Below are positions 8,475 through 18,363 of a stretch of 64,000 nucleotides of DNA, in pieces (positions within the stretch are counted from its first letter, which is position 1; each line of letters begins with the position of its first letter). The notes beneath the pieces are model-generated. The model made no database searches and had not been told where the DNA came from. It saw only the letters and a program-made list of their open reading frames with translations. A program made the translations under genes and the position numbers. The stretch covers positions 14,330-78,329 of the IMG/VR virus record IMGVR_UViG_3300014205_009256; one strand, given 5' to 3'. Source of the DNA: a virus. Lineage: Duplodnaviria; Caudoviricetes.

Positions 8475-11363
8475 TCAGTAGTACTCCCGGATGTAGGCAT
8501 ACGCCCGGTCGAACAACTCCTGATCCTGGTGGAGCTTGTACTTGAGGAGCGTTTTTCGCAGCGCCTGCTTCACTTCACGCTCCCCGGCACTCGTGGCCTG
8601 CCAACCGTCAAACCGCACCACGCGAACGATCTCGTCGATGTCGGCGACGATCCGCTCGACCATCACTGGCGTGTTGGCGTTCTTCGCCTCGCTGAACAGG
8701 TCGGTCAGTGCCGCCTTCGCGCGATCCTGGTCTTCCTCGGGGGTAACCGTCTTCTCGGCCGCGATCACATCCTTGGCCAGTTCGAGCAACTGCTTTAGGA
8801 ACTCCTTGCTGTTGAGCAGGCCCTGTTCGTGGCGCTCACGCAGTCGCTCCAGCCGCTCGCCCAGGGCCACGAATTTCGGGTCACCTTTGTGCTTGCGGAG
8901 CCGCGCCACGATCTTGATCTCGACCTCCTTGGTCTTGGTGGGGTCCTTTGACGCGACCAATCCCTCGAGCACCTCCGCATCCATCACCAGCGTTTCCAGA
9001 TCGTCGCGCACGGACTCCATGTGGACGTTCTCGTGGATCAACTCGATGGTCTTGGCCCCGAGAGCATGCCACAGCAGCTTGCCATTGCCGCTGGGCGGCT
9101 TGACCGACTCGTACACCTGCGTCAGCCAGCGGAAGTCGGTCGTATACGGCTTGAGGCACACATCGGGCGACAGCGCCTCCCACAGCCGCGCCACGACCGA
9201 GTAGTCCGCGGCAAAGGCGTCGCGTGTCTCGTTGTTGGGCAAGCAATCCTGCGCCGCGATCAGGCCCTCGTATCCCCCCAGCGCCCGATCCACGCCGGGG
9301 AAATACGCCAGGCACTTGGCCACGGCGTCGGGCAACTGCTTCTTCAGTTCGTCCAGGTTCGTGATGACCTGGAGCACGGCCTTCTCATCGAAGTCCAGCG
9401 CCTTGGCGACATCATCGAAGATGCCCAGGTAGTCCACGATCAAGCCATGCGTCTTGTTCGGGAACGGACGGTTCGTCCGGCAGATCGCCTGGAGCAGATT
9501 GTGGTCCCGCATGGGCTTGTCCAGGTACATCACCTGGAGGATCGGCGCATCGAAGCCGGTCAGCAGACGCGACGTGACGATCAGGAACTTCAGCGGATCG
9601 GCCGGGTCGCGGAAACGGTCCAGCAGCTTCTCCTCCGCATCCCTGCTCAACTCCGGCAGACCGAAGTCGCCAGGCTGGTTCATCACGACGGCGCTGGCCT
9701 CCGGGCCGATCAACTCATCCATCACCTTCTTGTAGAGCACGCAGCATTCACGGTCGAACGTCACCACCTGGGCCTTGAACCCGTTGGGCTCCACCTTCTC
9801 CTTGTAGTGCCGCACGACATGCTCGACGATGGCCCGCACCCGCTCCGGGGCCTTTACCAGCACAGCCATCTTCGCGGCGCGCTTGGCCAGATCATCACGG
9901 TCCTGTTCGCTCAAATTGCCGGTGATCTTGCTGTACGCCTCGTCGATGGCGGCCTGGTCGATCTTGAGCTTGGGCTCCACCGCTTCAAAATGCAGCGGCA
10001 ACGTCGCCTTGTCCCGGATGGAGTCCTGGAACGAGTACCGGCTAAGGTAGCCCTTGGCATCTTCGGGCGCTCCGAACGCCCAGAACGTGTTGCGGTCCCG
10101 CGTGTTGATCGGCGTGCCCGTCAGCCCGAACAGGAACGCCCGGGGCAGCGCATCGCGCATTCGCCGCCCCAGGTCGCCTTCCTGGGTGCGGTGCGCCTCG
10201 TCCACCAGCGCGATGATGTTGGGGCGGTCGTTGAGTACACCGTCGGCCTCGCCGAACTTGTGGATCGTCGTGATGATGACCTTGCGCACGTCCTGCTGGA
10301 GCAGTTGCTGGAGTTCGCCGCGCGTCGAAGCGCCCACCAGGTTGGCGATGTCGGCGGCGTTGAACGTGGCGGTGATCTGCGTGTCCAGGTCAATCCGGTC
10401 CACGACGATGACCACTGTCGGGTTGCCCAACTGCGGGTGCATCCGCAGCTTCTGCGCTGCAAAGACCATCAGCAACGACTTGCCGCTGCCTTGGAAGTGC
10501 CAGATCAGCCCTTTGCGCGTCGTGCCCTTCACCACGCGTTCCACGATCAGGTTCGCGCCTTCGTACTGCTGATACCGGCAGATCACCTTGTTCCGCCGCT
10601 GCTTCTTGTCCGTGGCGAACACCGTGAAATTCTGCAGGAGGTCGAGCACCACGGCCGGCCGCAGCATGGACTCAACCGACTTACGGACATCGGCCAGCGC
10701 GCCCTCGCCGTCGCCGCTCTGCTGACGCCACGGCCCCCACATCTCGATCGGCATGCGGATGGAGCCGTAGCGATAGACCTTGCCCTCCGTGGCAAAGGAG
10801 AAGACATTCGGCACGAACATCGCCGGTACGGACTGCTCGTAGTTGTCATGCACGTCGGCGGCACCATCTACCCACGTCACAGCCGGGCGCACCGGCGTCT
10901 TGGCCTCGCCGATGACCAGCGGGAACCCGTTCACAATCAAGACCACATCGAACCGTTTCTCAACCTGGCCGACCTGGTAGGTCCACTGGTTGGTGACGAT
11001 GAACCGGTTGTTGGCGGGGTTGTCGAAATCGATCAGGCGAATCGGCGTGTGCTCATTGTTCGCCCCGAACGGCATCGTCTTCTCGTTCCGCAGCCACGCG
11101 GCAAGAGTCTCATTGGCCCGCACCAGGCCGTCCGTCTGCACGGCCAGGGGCATGGCGCGGAGCCGGTAGAGGACTTCATCGGCGCGGTCGGGCTGCTGCG
11201 CGATCTCCGGATTGAGGCGGATCAGCGCATCACGCACCATCGACTCAACAAACACCTCTCCCGGCTGCCGGGGTAGCGAGGCCGAAACGGCATACTGCCA
11301 ACCGTGGCCTTTGCAGGCATCAATCACCATCTGCTCTACGGCGTTAGATTCATTGAAACTCAT
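8475..11363 (-). CDS. hsdR: Type I restriction endonuclease subunit R
   Basis: N-terminal FDVVLIVNGFPLVIGEAK nuclease, HFQGSGKS, DEAHR, LLTGFDAP, QAICRTNR helicase motifs. Confidence 0.95.
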   Translation of the reverse strand: MSFNESNAVEQMVIDACKGHGWQYAVSASLPRQPGEVFVESMVRDALIRLNPEIAQQPDRADEVLYRLRAMPLAVQTDGLVRANETLAAWLRNEKTMPFGANNEHTPIRLIDFDNPANNRFIVTNQWTYQVGQVEKRFDVVLIVNGFPLVIGEAKTPVRPAVTWVDGAADVHDNYEQSVPAMFVPNVFSFATEGKVYRYGSIRMPIEMWGPWRQQSGDGEGALADVRKSVESMLRPAVVLDLLQNFTVFATDKKQRRNKVICRYQQYEGANLIVERVVKGTTRKGLIWHFQGSGKSLLMVFAAQKLRMHPQLGNPTVVIVVDRIDLDTQITATFNAADIANLVGASTRGELQQLLQQDVRKVIITTIHKFGEADGVLNDRPNIIALVDEAHRTQEGDLGRRMRDALPRAFLFGLTGTPINTRDRNTFWAFGAPEDAKGYLSRYSFQDSIRDKATLPLHFEAVEPKLKIDQAAIDEAYSKITGNLSEQDRDDLAKRAAKMAVLVKAPERVRAIVEHVVRHYKEKVEPNGFKAQVVTFDRECCVLYKKVMDELIGPEASAVVMNQPGDFGLPELSRDAEEKLLDRFRDPADPLKFLIVTSRLLTGFDAPILQVMYLDKPMRDHNLLQAICRTNRPFPNKTHGLIVDYLGIFDDVAKALDFDEKAVLQVITNLDELKKQLPDAVAKCLAYFPGVDRALGGYEGLIAAQDCLPNNETRDAFAADYSVVARLWEALSPDVCLKPYTTDFRWLTQVYESVKPPSGNGKLLWHALGAKTIELIHENVHMESVRDDLETLVMDAEVLEGLVASKDPTKTKEVEIKIVARLRKHKGDPKFVALGERLERLRERHEQGLLNSKEFLKQLLELAKDVIAAEKTVTPEEDQDRAKAALTDLFSEAKNANTPVMVERIVADIDEIVRVVRFDGWQATSAGEREVKQALRKTLLKYKLHQDQELFDRAYAYIREYY

Positions 11364-11366
11364 GGA

Positions 11367-12629
11367 TCAGCTCCTACGCATCGATGTACCCGCCAGACAC
11401 TGTTCCCGAAGCGTCCGCCGCATCCGGTCGGCACATTCTCTATGCGCCATGGTTCGGTTCTGACCTGCCGTGATGTCGTTGACCATGCGCACGAATCTGG
11501 TTTGCTCGTCTTTTGGGGGAATTGGCATGTACAGGCGAGCGAAACGGTCTGCCCCAAGATGGGCAATTGAGGTGGTCTGACTCGCGACGGCCGCGAACAC
11601 CCCCGCGTAGAACGCGTGTCGCAGGTAAGCAAACGCGAAGTCTTCGAGCAACCGAGGACCTGCTCGGAACCTAACCAGCGTGTTCTGAAAGCAGCAATCC
11701 CTTATCTCTCCGTTGAACACCGCGCAGCGTCCGACGAGTTCCCGACTTTGGCCTTCATTCAGAAGGATGTCACCCGGCTTCAGCGCGAACGTCTTAAAAT
11801 CGCCGTCATCAAAATCCATCTCGAGCACATCAGTCAGGTCGAGATACCCGTCGAACACATTCGCTACCCGAAGGTATGGCTTGGTGTGCGATCCCGACTG
11901 GTACTTTGGTGCGCGTTGTCGCCCCAATTGGACCTCACCAGCGTCACCGATCCGAACGACATCCCATTCAACAGGCACCGGCCCCAGCGGCGAGGTCTTG
12001 GTACGCCCTGGAGCAGCCGCGTGAACAAAGCAAGAACGGAGGATTGTTCGTCGCGCTGTATCCGCCTGTGCGACGGCGGCATCGATACGCTCTGCCACCT
12101 CTGTCGCGGCCCATAGAATTTCAGCAATGCGGCACTGCTGATCCTTTGGCGGCAGTGGAAACTCCTGTCGGCGCAGCACGCTCCAGTTGATGGTCGGAGA
12201 CAGTGAACCGACCGAGATCGACAACGCCCGGTCCATGAACATGCTGCTTTGCATCAGGAACGGCAGGAAGTCCTTGTCGATAACGTCTTCGCGCGCACGG
12301 ATGACCATCGCGTGCGCCGAGCAGATGCCGTCGAATTCGGCGACAGCGACCTTTCGCTGATAGACGCGACGGCGTCCAAAGATGATGTCGCCGGTCCTGA
12401 ACCGGAGCTTCGTGGCCTCGACATCGTCTGGCGTGCCCCAGCGCCGTATTTTCAGAGACTCGGTGTCGAGATGTTCCAAGCCGACGTAGTACTCAGTGTC
12501 CGCATCGCCTGGTTCGACGCGCTCGCCGATCGACTCAGCGATCTCGTCGAACCTCGCCATGCGCCAGCCGGCAGGAAGCGCGGCGGTCACGGGTGCGTTC
12601 GTCGGGGATGTTGGTTTCGCGGTCTTCAC
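11367..12629 (-). CDS. hsdS: Type I specificity subunit S
   Basis: Two TRDs separated by PLPPKDQQCRIAEIL and PIPPKDEQTRFV conserved regions; 420 aa. Confidence 0.92.
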   Translation of the reverse strand: MKTAKPTSPTNAPVTAALPAGWRMARFDEIAESIGERVEPGDADTEYYVGLEHLDTESLKIRRWGTPDDVEATKLRFRTGDIIFGRRRVYQRKVAVAEFDGICSAHAMVIRAREDVIDKDFLPFLMQSSMFMDRALSISVGSLSPTINWSVLRRQEFPLPPKDQQCRIAEILWAATEVAERIDAAVAQADTARRTILRSCFVHAAAPGRTKTSPLGPVPVEWDVVRIGDAGEVQLGRQRAPKYQSGSHTKPYLRVANVFDGYLDLTDVLEMDFDDGDFKTFALKPGDILLNEGQSRELVGRCAVFNGEIRDCCFQNTLVRFRAGPRLLEDFAFAYLRHAFYAGVFAAVASQTTSIAHLGADRFARLYMPIPPKDEQTRFVRMVNDITAGQNRTMAHRECADRMRRTLREQCLAGTSMRRS

Positions 12630-12674
12630 AATGCGGTTCCTGCTTTTGCGTGGATCACGACGGTCTGTTGCGTG

Positions 12675-14441
12675 TCACTTCAGCCGTTTGTCGACCCACT
12701 TCCACTTCTTGTAGGCGATCTCCATGCAGCGGTTGTAGGCGGTGTTTGTCCTGAGGAATGCGAACGAGCCCTCGGCAACCTTGTCGGCGTAGGCCGAGTC
12801 CCGGATCAGGTCGGACAGCATCATGCGGACGCGAGTCGTCGCGATCTGCGACAGCAGCGCTGTGTAATCGGCGGGAACGGCCATGCCCTGGCCGAAGGCG
12901 TCGGCGTGGTCCGGCAGCTCCGGATCGTTGAGGATGCCCTGGCACAGGAGCGCCCAGACCAGGTTGCGTGCCCGCAACACGAACTCGTATTTGTTCCGGC
13001 CCTTGTCGACGATCTCATTCACGAGCTTCCGGAGGCGGAAGTGAATCTTGTAGCACAGGATGATGTGTCGCGAGTCGGCCTTTAGGCGGGATGGGTTGAA
13101 TACCTGGGCGTAGATTCGGTCGTCCTCAAACACCTCCCTGATCCGCGAGAGCTTGTCGATGGCCCCGTCGGAGACGAGGAAGGTATGGGCAAGGCGGACC
13201 AGCTCGACGGCCTTGCCTTCAGTGATGCCCTGTTCCTCCATCTCCTCGTAGCTGAGATTGGCAAAGGCCTCCTCCTGGCGCTCATAGTAGATGCCCAGGT
13301 CCGAGCGGAACTTGTCCTGCAGCTCGAGCTGGATCAGGTCGTTAGCGTGCAGGTTCCAGGGCTCGACGGGGTTCTGGCGGTTGTTGTTGATGGTCACCGG
13401 GGTGACAAACTCCGGCGTGGCGTTGGTGATCACGCGGCACATCACCCGCAGGTCTTCAAGTCGGGGCCGCTGTTCCGCCAGGCGGGGGTTGTCCTTGTTC
13501 GCGTTCATGAACTCGTTGAAGGTTGTAACAGTCTGGGCACCGTTCAGGAGGCGTGGCGCGGTGACGCGATACTGCCCATCCACCCGCTCCACCTTCTCGG
13601 CAAACATCGTGATGCCGTTGTGGTTGAACGCGAAGACGGCGGGTTTCTCAGTGCCATCAAGAACGATCTGCTTGAGCGCGCGGGACAGCGCACGGTTGAC
13701 GGCCTCAGAGCTGCCCAGGCCGTAGCGGATGTTCCGTTCGAAGAATCGCTGCCCCATGTCACGGTGGATCGTGTTCAGATCGATCAGCCGAATGAAGCCG
13801 ATGTGCATCACTTGACCATCGGGGCCGGGCTGCGTGATGAGATCGGTCAGCGGCAGATCGTAGACCCTTGTCTGGCGCATGTCGGCCACTGGCCCGACCT
13901 TGCCATCGACCGACCGGAACTCCACGACCAACGTCACCTGTCGGTTGGCGAAGAACTGGTCGACCAGGTACTTCTTGTTCTCCAGATCTTCGCGCAGCTT
14001 GTCGAGCACCTGACTGCGCTCGGCCTCCGCCGGGTCTCCAGTGAAAACGAAGCGGAAGCACACCTGATCGATCAAGGCGCGGTTGTCGATCATGCAGCTG
14101 CGGAGCTGCAGGAGAAGCTGATTCTTGTTGTCGTCCTGGTTGGGCGTCAGGAAGATTCGCTCCATGCCCACGTCAATCAGCCGCTGGAGCGTTGGCTTGA
14201 ACTGGGCATGCGATGGCGAGTACTTGAACTGGTACAGATAGAGATTACGCCTGTCGGGATCGAAGTGGAACCCATCCAGGCCATAGTCGTTGCCGCCGAA
14301 CGCGACCTGGTTCACCGCTTTCTCGCGGGACAACCCGCACTCCCGCTGGAGGTAGAGCAGGCCGAAGTAGTCGTTGCGCACCCCGCCACAGGTTGCCTTG
14401 AGGTCGGAGCAGGCTTGGTCGATCATCCGGTCGGTGATCAT
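12675..14441 (-). CDS. AIPR family protein
   Basis: FFERNIRYGLG, FAFNHNGITM, LLNGAQTVTT, NNRQNPV; start MITDRM overlaps hsdM stop. Confidence 0.85.
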   Translation of the reverse strand: MITDRMIDQACSDLKATCGGVRNDYFGLLYLQRECGLSREKAVNQVAFGGNDYGLDGFHFDPDRRNLYLYQFKYSPSHAQFKPTLQRLIDVGMERIFLTPNQDDNKNQLLLQLRSCMIDNRALIDQVCFRFVFTGDPAEAERSQVLDKLREDLENKKYLVDQFFANRQVTLVVEFRSVDGKVGPVADMRQTRVYDLPLTDLITQPGPDGQVMHIGFIRLIDLNTIHRDMGQRFFERNIRYGLGSSEAVNRALSRALKQIVLDGTEKPAVFAFNHNGITMFAEKVERVDGQYRVTAPRLLNGAQTVTTFNEFMNANKDNPRLAEQRPRLEDLRVMCRVITNATPEFVTPVTINNNRQNPVEPWNLHANDLIQLELQDKFRSDLGIYYERQEEAFANLSYEEMEEQGITEGKAVELVRLAHTFLVSDGAIDKLSRIREVFEDDRIYAQVFNPSRLKADSRHIILCYKIHFRLRKLVNEIVDKGRNKYEFVLRARNLVWALLCQGILNDPELPDHADAFGQGMAVPADYTALLSQIATTRVRMMLSDLIRDSAYADKVAEGSFAFLRTNTAYNRCMEIAYKKWKWVDKRLK

Positions 14442-15979
14442 GGTCTCGTTCCTTTCCTTCCTGGACCTGCGCCAACCGCAACGTTCTCGCCGAGCGTGTT
14501 GAGGAGGTCGTTCATCGAACTGCGCAGCGCCAATGAGCTTTCGCGCCATGCCCGGACGGCCGTGGCCAATGCGTCAGCACCTTGGTTAGCGCCGCCCGTG
14601 TCGGTTGTCTTGCCGTTCGCGGGCCGAATGTACAGGGGGATACTGAGGTTGCAGTCCTGCTGGCGGATCTCGTCAATGCCAACGAGGCGGGAGAACCCGT
14701 CAACGGCCGTCTCCGGGCGCTGGTAGGCATCCACGATCTGCTGAATGTGCTCGTCGGTGAGGAAGCTCTGGCTGCGCTGGCGGGTAACCTCATCGACCGC
14801 ATTAATAAACAGCACCTTGCCGCGCAGCGCCTTGGGCTTGGCGGTGCGGCAGATGACCACGCACGCCTCCATCGGTGAGTTGTAGAACAGGTTCGGCCCC
14901 AAGCCGAGGACGCACTCGATCACGTCGTGCTCGACCAGCTTGACCCGCATGTCGTGCTCTTCGTTGCGGAAGAGGACGCCATGAGGGAAGAGGATGGCGC
15001 AGCGGCCAGTCTTAGGCTTGAGGCTGACGATGATGTGCTGCCAGAAGGCGTAGTCGGCTCGGCCCTGTGGGGGCGTGCCATAGATATTTCGCCGCCAAGG
15101 GTCGGCGGACCACTTGTCGCGGTCCCATTGCTTGATGGAGTACGGGGGATTGGCGAGGACCATGTCGAACTGCCGGAGGCGGTCGCCTTCCACAAGTTTC
15201 GGATCGGCAAGGGTGTCGCCGCGCACGATCTCGAAGTCTTCGATGCCGTGCAGAAACATGTTCATCCGCGCGATGGCGGACGTCATGAGGTTCCGCTCCT
15301 GGCCGTACAACCTGACGGTGCGCCATTCCTTCTTCCGGCGGCGGAGGTGTGTCACGCTGGACAACAGCATGCCGCCAGAGCCACAGGTGGGGTCGTAGAT
15401 CGACTCGCCTGGACGGGGCTGCAGCATCTCGGTCATCAGGTGGACGACCGTGCGGTTGGTGTAGAACTCAGCGGCAGTGTGGCCGGAGTCATCGGCGAAC
15501 TTCTTGATTAGGTACTCGTAGCCGTTCCCCAGCTCATCCTCGGGCAGGTTGGCGATGGACAGGGTCAGCGTCGAGAAGTGTTCAACCAAGTCCTTCAGTG
15601 TGTCGTCGGAGAGCCGGTCCTTGTTGGTCCACTGAGCGTCGCCGAAGATGCCGTAGAGCTTCTCGGGGTTGGCCTTTTCGATTGACCGCATCGCCGACTG
15701 AATCGACGCGCCGACATTGCTGCCGGCGGCTCTCACGGCCTTCCAGTGCGCCTTGGGCGGCACCTGGAAGCGGTGGTTCTCGGCGAACTGCGCGAAGGCA
15801 ACGTCGCCGCCGGACTGGTCGAGCGCCTTCTGGTACTCCTCGTCGTAAACGTCGCACAACCGCTTGAAGAACAACAGCGGGAAGATGTACTGCTTGTAGT
15901 CGCCGGCGTCGATGTAGCCGCGCAGGAGCGTGGCCGCGCCCCAAAGGTAGGACTCGAGTTGCCCTTGGTTGATTCTCAT
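14438..15979 (-). CDS. hsdM: Type I methyltransferase subunit, NPPY motif (predicted m4C type)
   Basis: HsdM N-domain, YDPTCGSGGML, motif IV ANPPYS. Confidence 0.93.
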   Translation of the reverse strand: MRINQGQLESYLWGAATLLRGYIDAGDYKQYIFPLLFFKRLCDVYDEEYQKALDQSGGDVAFAQFAENHRFQVPPKAHWKAVRAAGSNVGASIQSAMRSIEKANPEKLYGIFGDAQWTNKDRLSDDTLKDLVEHFSTLTLSIANLPEDELGNGYEYLIKKFADDSGHTAAEFYTNRTVVHLMTEMLQPRPGESIYDPTCGSGGMLLSSVTHLRRRKKEWRTVRLYGQERNLMTSAIARMNMFLHGIEDFEIVRGDTLADPKLVEGDRLRQFDMVLANPPYSIKQWDRDKWSADPWRRNIYGTPPQGRADYAFWQHIIVSLKPKTGRCAILFPHGVLFRNEEHDMRVKLVEHDVIECVLGLGPNLFYNSPMEACVVICRTAKPKALRGKVLFINAVDEVTRQRSQSFLTDEHIQQIVDAYQRPETAVDGFSRLVGIDEIRQQDCNLSIPLYIRPANGKTTDTGGANQGADALATAVRAWRESSLALRSSMNDLLNTLGENVAVGAGPGRKGTRP

Positions 15980-16584
15980 TCTGCCGCCTTGAACATTTCA
16001 GCGTAAACGGCAACGCGTGCCTTGCTCTCCCGCATCCGCTTGGCTAGCGCGAATACACGATTTGTGAGGTCCGATGGCCGAAGATGGTTGACCAACCACC
16101 GAGAGTCGAAATCAGCATTGCCCTTCGCGGAGAGATCGATCTGTAGTCGGACATCATCGTCGTCTTTCAGCGTCTCGTAAGCGGGCTTGGGGCGGCCCGG
16201 CTTGCCCTTCCGAGAGGCGGCCTGCGCCGTGTAAGCGGCCTTGATGTTGTCGCTGCCGTCGATGAACCAGATACGGTCCCAACGCGGGCTCCAGATTGCC
16301 AGGCACAATGCGGGCTGCCGATCGACGTACATCCGGCGCAGTCCCTGGACGGTCGCGATGTGATCGGCTCCATCGTCTTGCACGGCCTTGGCCTGAACGG
16401 GGATGGGCAACAAGTCGGTGTTTGCTCCCTCCAGAATCAAGAGGTCGATTTCGTCGTCATTCCAATATGGCTTTGCCACGTACAGACCAAAGGCCACAAG
16501 CTGGGCGGCAACACGTGCCTCGCCGGCAAGACCAGACCATGTGTTCTTGAGCGCCGGGATACGGCTGATTGGTTTAGCCATCAC
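15976..16584 (-). CDS. PD-(D/E)XK nuclease-like protein (DUF4365-like)
   Basis: GLAGEARV...DDEIDL...PVQAKA; overlaps both hsdM genes. Confidence 0.6.
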   Translation of the reverse strand: MMAKPISRIPALKNTWSGLAGEARVAAQLVAFGLYVAKPYWNDDEIDLLILEGANTDLLPIPVQAKAVQDDGADHIATVQGLRRMYVDRQPALCLAIWSPRWDRIWFIDGSDNIKAAYTAQAASRKGKPGRPKPAYETLKDDDDVRLQIDLSAKGNADFDSRWLVNHLRPSDLTNRVFALAKRMRESKARVAVYAEMFKAAE

Positions 16585-18148
16585 TCAGCCCTGCCTTTCG
16601 TAACAGCCCCGCGAGCTTGTCCTCGGCCGAGTAGGCAGCGTCTAGAGCAGTCTTCAAATCGGTGATGGCCTGGCCAACTGTCACCGTGTCGCTGGCGACT
16701 ACTGGCTCGACGTAGCGGGGGATATTGAGATTGAAATCGTTGGCGCGGATGTCATCGAGCGTGACCACTTTGGCAGCGCCGGCGCTGTCGGCGTACCCCT
16801 CGTACCAGTGATAGATGCGTTCGACGTGTTCGGGCAGAAGTTCGTTCTGCTGGCGGCCCTTCTTGAACTCCCGCGATGCATCGATGAACAGGACGCGTTG
16901 GCGGCGATCTTTCGGCCGCCGCGCACGGAATACCATGATGCACGCGGCCAAGCCCGCGCCGTAGAACAGGTTTGGAGCGAGGCCGATCACGGCATCAAGG
17001 ATGTCCAACTCGATGATCTTCTGGCGAATTCTTCCCTCCGCGCCCATGCGGAACAGCGCCCCGTGCGGCAGCACTACGGCCATCCGCCCCGTCTTCGGAG
17101 CCATCGACTTGATCATGTGCTGGACCCATGCGAAGTCTCCGCTTTTGCTGGGCGGCATGCCCGCGAAGTTGCGGCCATAGGGGTCGCTGGCCCAGACCTC
17201 TTCACCCCACTTCTCCAGGGAGAACGGCGGATTGGCGATCACGCAGTCGAACGTCATCAGACGGTCGCCGGCATAGAACGCCGGCTCGCGGAGCGTGTCG
17301 CCACGCACGATCTTGAAGTCCTCCACGCCGTGGAGCAGCAGGTTCATCCGAGCGATGGCCGACGTCGTGAGATTCTTTTCCTGCCCGTACAGCTTGCCGT
17401 AGAGGGTCTTGACGTTGCCGCCCGCGGCGCGGACGTGGTGGATGGCCTCCAGCAGCATCCCGCCAGTACCGCACGCGGGGTCGTAGATCAGGTCGCGCTC
17501 CTTGGGGTCCAGGATGTTGATGAGGAGCCGGACGACCGAGCGCGGGGTGTAGAACTCCCCGGCCTTCTTGTTCGTGGCATCCGCGAACTTCTTGATCAAA
17601 TACTCATAGGCCTGGCCGAGGATGTCGGCCTGTGCTTGGCGGTTGCCCAGAGAGAGACGGGAGAAGTGCTCGATCAGATCCCGGAGCAATGCATCCGACA
17701 GGCGGTCCTTGTTGGTCCAGTTGGCGTCACCGAAAATGCCGTAGAGGGTGTCGGGGTTGGCCTTCTCGATCTCGCGCAGCGCCCGCTGCAGGGCTTGGCC
17801 GATGTTGGCGGTCTTCGCCCGGACGTCACTCCAGTGGCAGCCCTCGGGAATCTGGAAGCGGTGGTTCTCCGGGAACAAGGCGAACTGCTGGTCGCCGCCC
17901 GACAGGTCCATCGCCTCGGCCAGTTCGTCGTCGTAGACGTCGGAAATGCGCTTGAAGAACAGCAGCGGGAAGATGTAGGTCTTGAAATCGGCAGCATCCA
18001 CCGGACCACGAAGGATGTTGGCGGCCTCCCACAGATGGCTGGAGAGCGCCGAGAGCGTCACCTCGGCCGGAACAGAAGCCGGTGCCGCCGGGGTCCTGCC
18101 ATTGCCGTTTGTGCCCTTGGCCAAGTTGCCTGCTCCTCTCTGATTCAC
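16574..18148 (-). CDS. hsdM: Type I methyltransferase subunit, NPPF motif (predicted m6A type)
   Basis: LWEAANILRG, GEFYTPRSVV, YDPACGTGGML, motif IV ANPPFS. Confidence 0.93.
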   Translation of the reverse strand: MNQRGAGNLAKGTNGNGRTPAAPASVPAEVTLSALSSHLWEAANILRGPVDAADFKTYIFPLLFFKRISDVYDDELAEAMDLSGGDQQFALFPENHRFQIPEGCHWSDVRAKTANIGQALQRALREIEKANPDTLYGIFGDANWTNKDRLSDALLRDLIEHFSRLSLGNRQAQADILGQAYEYLIKKFADATNKKAGEFYTPRSVVRLLINILDPKERDLIYDPACGTGGMLLEAIHHVRAAGGNVKTLYGKLYGQEKNLTTSAIARMNLLLHGVEDFKIVRGDTLREPAFYAGDRLMTFDCVIANPPFSLEKWGEEVWASDPYGRNFAGMPPSKSGDFAWVQHMIKSMAPKTGRMAVVLPHGALFRMGAEGRIRQKIIELDILDAVIGLAPNLFYGAGLAACIMVFRARRPKDRRQRVLFIDASREFKKGRQQNELLPEHVERIYHWYEGYADSAGAAKVVTLDDIRANDFNLNIPRYVEPVVASDTVTVGQAITDLKTALDAAYSAEDKLAGLLRKAGLSDG

Positions 18149-18181
18149 ATCGTGACCGGCGCTCCGTTCGAGCGAGCAGCG

Positions 18182-18210
18182 ACCATACGCTGTTTACTAA
18201 ACGATGACAA
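18182..18210 (-). promoter_or_regulatory. Sigma70-like promoter of the R-M operon with 13-bp box
   Basis: TTGTCA-17 nt-TATGGT on minus strand; AGTAAACAGCGTA (18186-18198) identical to the box at 8406-8418. Confidence 0.6.
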
Positions 18211-18363
18211 GTGTACCGCGCCCGGTTATCATCCGCTAGTGCTGGGGGCGATACCCGGCCAGAATTGTGCCCGCGGGCCGGTGCGAGGCAGCGCCCCAGA
18301 ATAGCGTCGGGGCGTTCAGTAGGACGGCGGGCGCGCGCGACGACATCGCGAGGAGACGAACGA

